A stretch of DNA of 62,842 bases, filler included, from Rhabdomonas costata (taxonomy: Eukaryota): the NCBI GenBank assembly GCA_019059605.1. It is 27 parts of 27 records of this genome, joined end to end, with 100 filler letters (N's around TTAATTAATTAA, not from the genome) between each part and the next. Parts side by side here need not be neighbours in the genome. Positions count along the whole stretch, not along the records: positions 58,283 to 60,512 come from JAHMHO010004679.1; positions 60,613 to 62,842 come from JAHMHO010004680.1; 25 more parts are not named here. The stretch is one strand, 5' to 3'. Shown one piece after another: positions 60,222 to 62,842 of the stretch (positions are counted from its first letter, which is position 1; every line of letters begins with the position of its first letter). Made by a program: the position numbers and the translations under genes. The notes beneath the pieces are model-generated. The model saw only the letters and a program-made list of their open reading frames with translations. It was not told the origin of the DNA and searched no databases.

Positions 60222-60395
60222 CTATAGTGCAGAGAGGGACCTGACCCCCTCCTCGGAGTACCTCTGCTTCGTCACACAGGCGGCCTTGAACGAGGCCAAA
60301 GAGGACAGGATGGAACCCCCCAACCAGCACATGTACTTCCGCTCAGGTGCGGCCCGGATCCTAACCTTGGTCTCTTTGGGAGAGATCCTCCGAAC
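60222..60395 (-). CDS. Actin-related protein (Arp1/centractin-like), last exon (absent from the ORF track)
   Basis: VRRISPKETKVRIRAAPERKYMCWLGGSILSSLASFKAACVTKQRYSEEGVRSLSAL* matches the actin-family C-terminus (ERKYxxWIGGSILASL). Confidence 0.9.
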   Translation of the reverse strand, partial: VRRISPKETKVRIRAAPERKYMCWLGGSILSSLASFKAACVTKQRYSEEGVRSLSAL

Positions 60396-61126
60396 CTGCC
60401 AGCGTAAAGCAAACTAAAAAAATCACCTCAAGCGTCACCAGACCGTCCCCAGAGAGGGCGAAGGCCACTGGGAAAAAAATGCAACACTAAAATGCGATGC
60501 AAAAAAGTGCACNNNNNNNNNNNNNNNNNNNNNNNNNNNNNNNNNNNNNNNNNNNNTTAATTAATTAANNNNNNNNNNNNNNNNNNNNNNNNNNNNNNNN
60601 NNNNNNNNNNNNTAGGTTGGGGGGGGGGCGAGGTGTGTGTGTTGGCTGAATACATCTGTATACTTCGGCGACAACACTTTGTTCGTGAGAGGAAAGGGCT
60701 CTTTGCCCGTTATACGTTGTCGTTTATACGGTGTTCCACGGTAGTGGTCGGCGAGTCTGAGAGCCTAAGTAGCACAGCTCCATGGGCAGTTAAGGTGTGC
60801 CGCCCGATCTCGGCGGGTTTTTGATGCGGGGAAACGACCGACACGGAGCACCATCAGCATTGCACACAGTGCAGGCGTAGGTTTACAAACAAATCCCCTC
60901 AGAGCTACCAACAATGACGTCCATCCGCAGTGTTTTTTTTTACATCATGGAAATTCGAACAAACCTCTTCACTGGTTACAAACACTTTTTGGATGGATTA
61001 AAAACGCAAAAGAAAAAGTTGCCGTTCCACCAAGGAACGGCCGCGGACTGATGGTATGATGTGGATGAAAGAGAAGCGGACGCGCTTTCCGCACGGCTGC
61101 ATTGGCGTGCTTCATGAGCGGAGTAC

Positions 61127-61265
61127 CTTCCTTTGGCACGTGCCGATGAGAGAAGCGCGAGAAGAATGGCACGTTTTCCTTCAGGAAGAGCATCACCGCC
61201 GTGATAACCACGGCGAGAAAAACATTTCGCTTTAAGGCAGACCTGTCAAAGTAGGGTTTCGTCAT
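61127..61265 (-). CDS. First exon of a small single-pass membrane protein
   Basis: Pyrimidine tract and ctgtag directly before aaATG; MTKPYFDRSALKRNVFLAVVITAVMLFLKENVPFF...KE, then a GTACTC donor. Confidence 0.45.
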
Positions 61266-62842
61266 TTCTACAGCTGACAGAGCAACACACAGGAAAGCAC
61301 TGCACAGAAAGAAAACGAAAATATAAGAAATGGGCGCCGCGCAATTTATCACACATCCCTGAGGAGTTCACTAATGCAGACGGAATACAGTCAAAGAACT
61401 TGCGCTTGGCCGAGAGGCATGTTTGTTCGCTTTCAAAAATCACCAACGAAAACAAGCAAATATGACGCTGAATATGACATAACCTCAGAAATACTTCGCA
61501 GTATATCGGTGTTCCCGGTAACGGAAAAAGCACAGGGGACAGGGGGAAGAAACTATTTAACTTAAGTGGTGGCAGAAAAACAAACAGGGCCACCGCTGCT
61601 AAACGCTTTGCTCCTAATTGTCAAGCCAAAAAGCGGTATCCCAGTACAGCAAGCACATGTCACACCATGAAGAACTAAGTCCAAAAATTCCAAAACGCTT
61701 CAAACAATACAAAAACAAACTACCAACTAACAACCAAAACCAAACTACTGTAGGGAGGCATTGCGTGTCCGTTTTTCTTTCGCCAACTTAAGCGCTGACA
61801 CGGACCATCAGAACTGATGCCTTTTACTCGCTGGTGTGCTGTGCCATATCTCGCTTTCTGTCGAACGATTGGCCACATACCGCATCCCCTCATCGGCGCG
61901 TTTGGAGATATTTGTCACTCTGGATTCCCACCCTCTGAGCTCGCGCTCGTACACCGCCCCTTGGGCGATTTTGCTCTGAGGGATTCCGGATCCTTGCTCC
62001 CGCTCCCAGCACTGGCCTGACTCCGCGGTGCCGAGCTCGGTGGGTGTCCACTGCTACAAATTACATGCACATGCTCACTCACTCACAATATGTTGGATTG
62101 GAAATCGTCACTTTTTTATGAGAAGAAACAAATATTTCTTCTGTGTTTATCTGATGGTCCGATGTCTACTACACTCAGCAACCGCCACAGCAGTGTGGTT
62201 TGCACAGATGCCAAGTCGACTTTAGGGATAGCGTTCGGTTTGATGAATAGTCGGTACGTCATATTATGCCACTCTCACGTATCAGTTCTGTGACGGTTCT
62301 GGTTCCCATATTAATGTGAAGCGACCTTCTGAGCTCATCGTCATGCACAGTTGATGTACGAAAGGCCTTTGAAACCTCCAAAAAGCGTTCAGAGTTTCTT
62401 TGGGACTCTCTTTTTTCCAAAACCTCAGGACAGAATCTTCCCGTGGAGGGCAGCGACACTCTGAAGGACATTAATCCGCTACACCTTATAACGATGTAAA
62501 ATCATATCCGGGCCGCATTTGATAAAGGTCTCCTTTCGACCAACAGCTCCCTCGCAGCAGTTTTTAGTTATCGTCTTCCAGACTCACACCCCTTCCCACC
62601 CGCTTTGGTTCCTCGCCCCTCTTCTTGTAGTCTTTGCCCATGTTTCCATTTCTAGCTCTGTTTGGCTCACTGCATACTCACCGACATCTGAACACCACTG
62701 GTCTGCAAGGTTGCTTTTATTCTCGCATCCTTCTTTCTTGAGGCTGGACAATCTCTTTCCTTATGAACCTTTCACGGTCACTTGCTTGTCAAGAAAAGAG
62801 ATTGTCCAGCCTCAAGAAAGAAGGATGCGAGAATAAAAACAA

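Overview
This window is not contiguous DNA. It is 27 unrelated contigs of about 2.23 kb each, joined by an artificial 100-bp linker (N44-TTAATTAATTAA-N44). Many contigs start G/T-only and end C/A-only, which suggests a primer-based whole-genome-amplified library. Most contigs carry fragments of intron-rich eukaryotic genes that I spliced by hand with consistent exon phases: ERp29, Piezo, a DAO-type FAD oxidoreductase, ornithine decarboxylase, a P5A ATPase, major vault protein, p24, a dual-specificity phosphatase, Rpt1, a CPA2 antiporter, a class III cyclase, an ankyrin protein, an NRPS-type carrier domain, a vWA protein, TauE and an Arp1-like protein. Very degenerate GT (and probable GC) donors, plus pyrimidine-tract/AG acceptors just upstream of start codons, point to a euglenozoan, probably euglenid-like, host (inference). 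Two contigs look foreign. (1) 9337-11570 is an intronless, frameshifted replicase-like sequence resembling noda/tombus-like positive-strand RNA viruses, truncated before the RdRp core and joined to AT-rich DNA: a candidate non-retroviral endogenous viral element. (2) 48961-51191 has three co-oriented, intronless ORFan genes (two decaying) with very AT-rich spacers, the Mimiviridae early-promoter octamer AAAATTGA on the coding strand, and a perfect 34-bp palindrome after one gene: a candidate giant-virus fragment. A spliced fusion of a Dpy-30/RIIa-like docking domain to a flavin oxidoreductase and a long-TIR MITE are also notable. All family assignments come from motif recognition by eye; no database searches were run.
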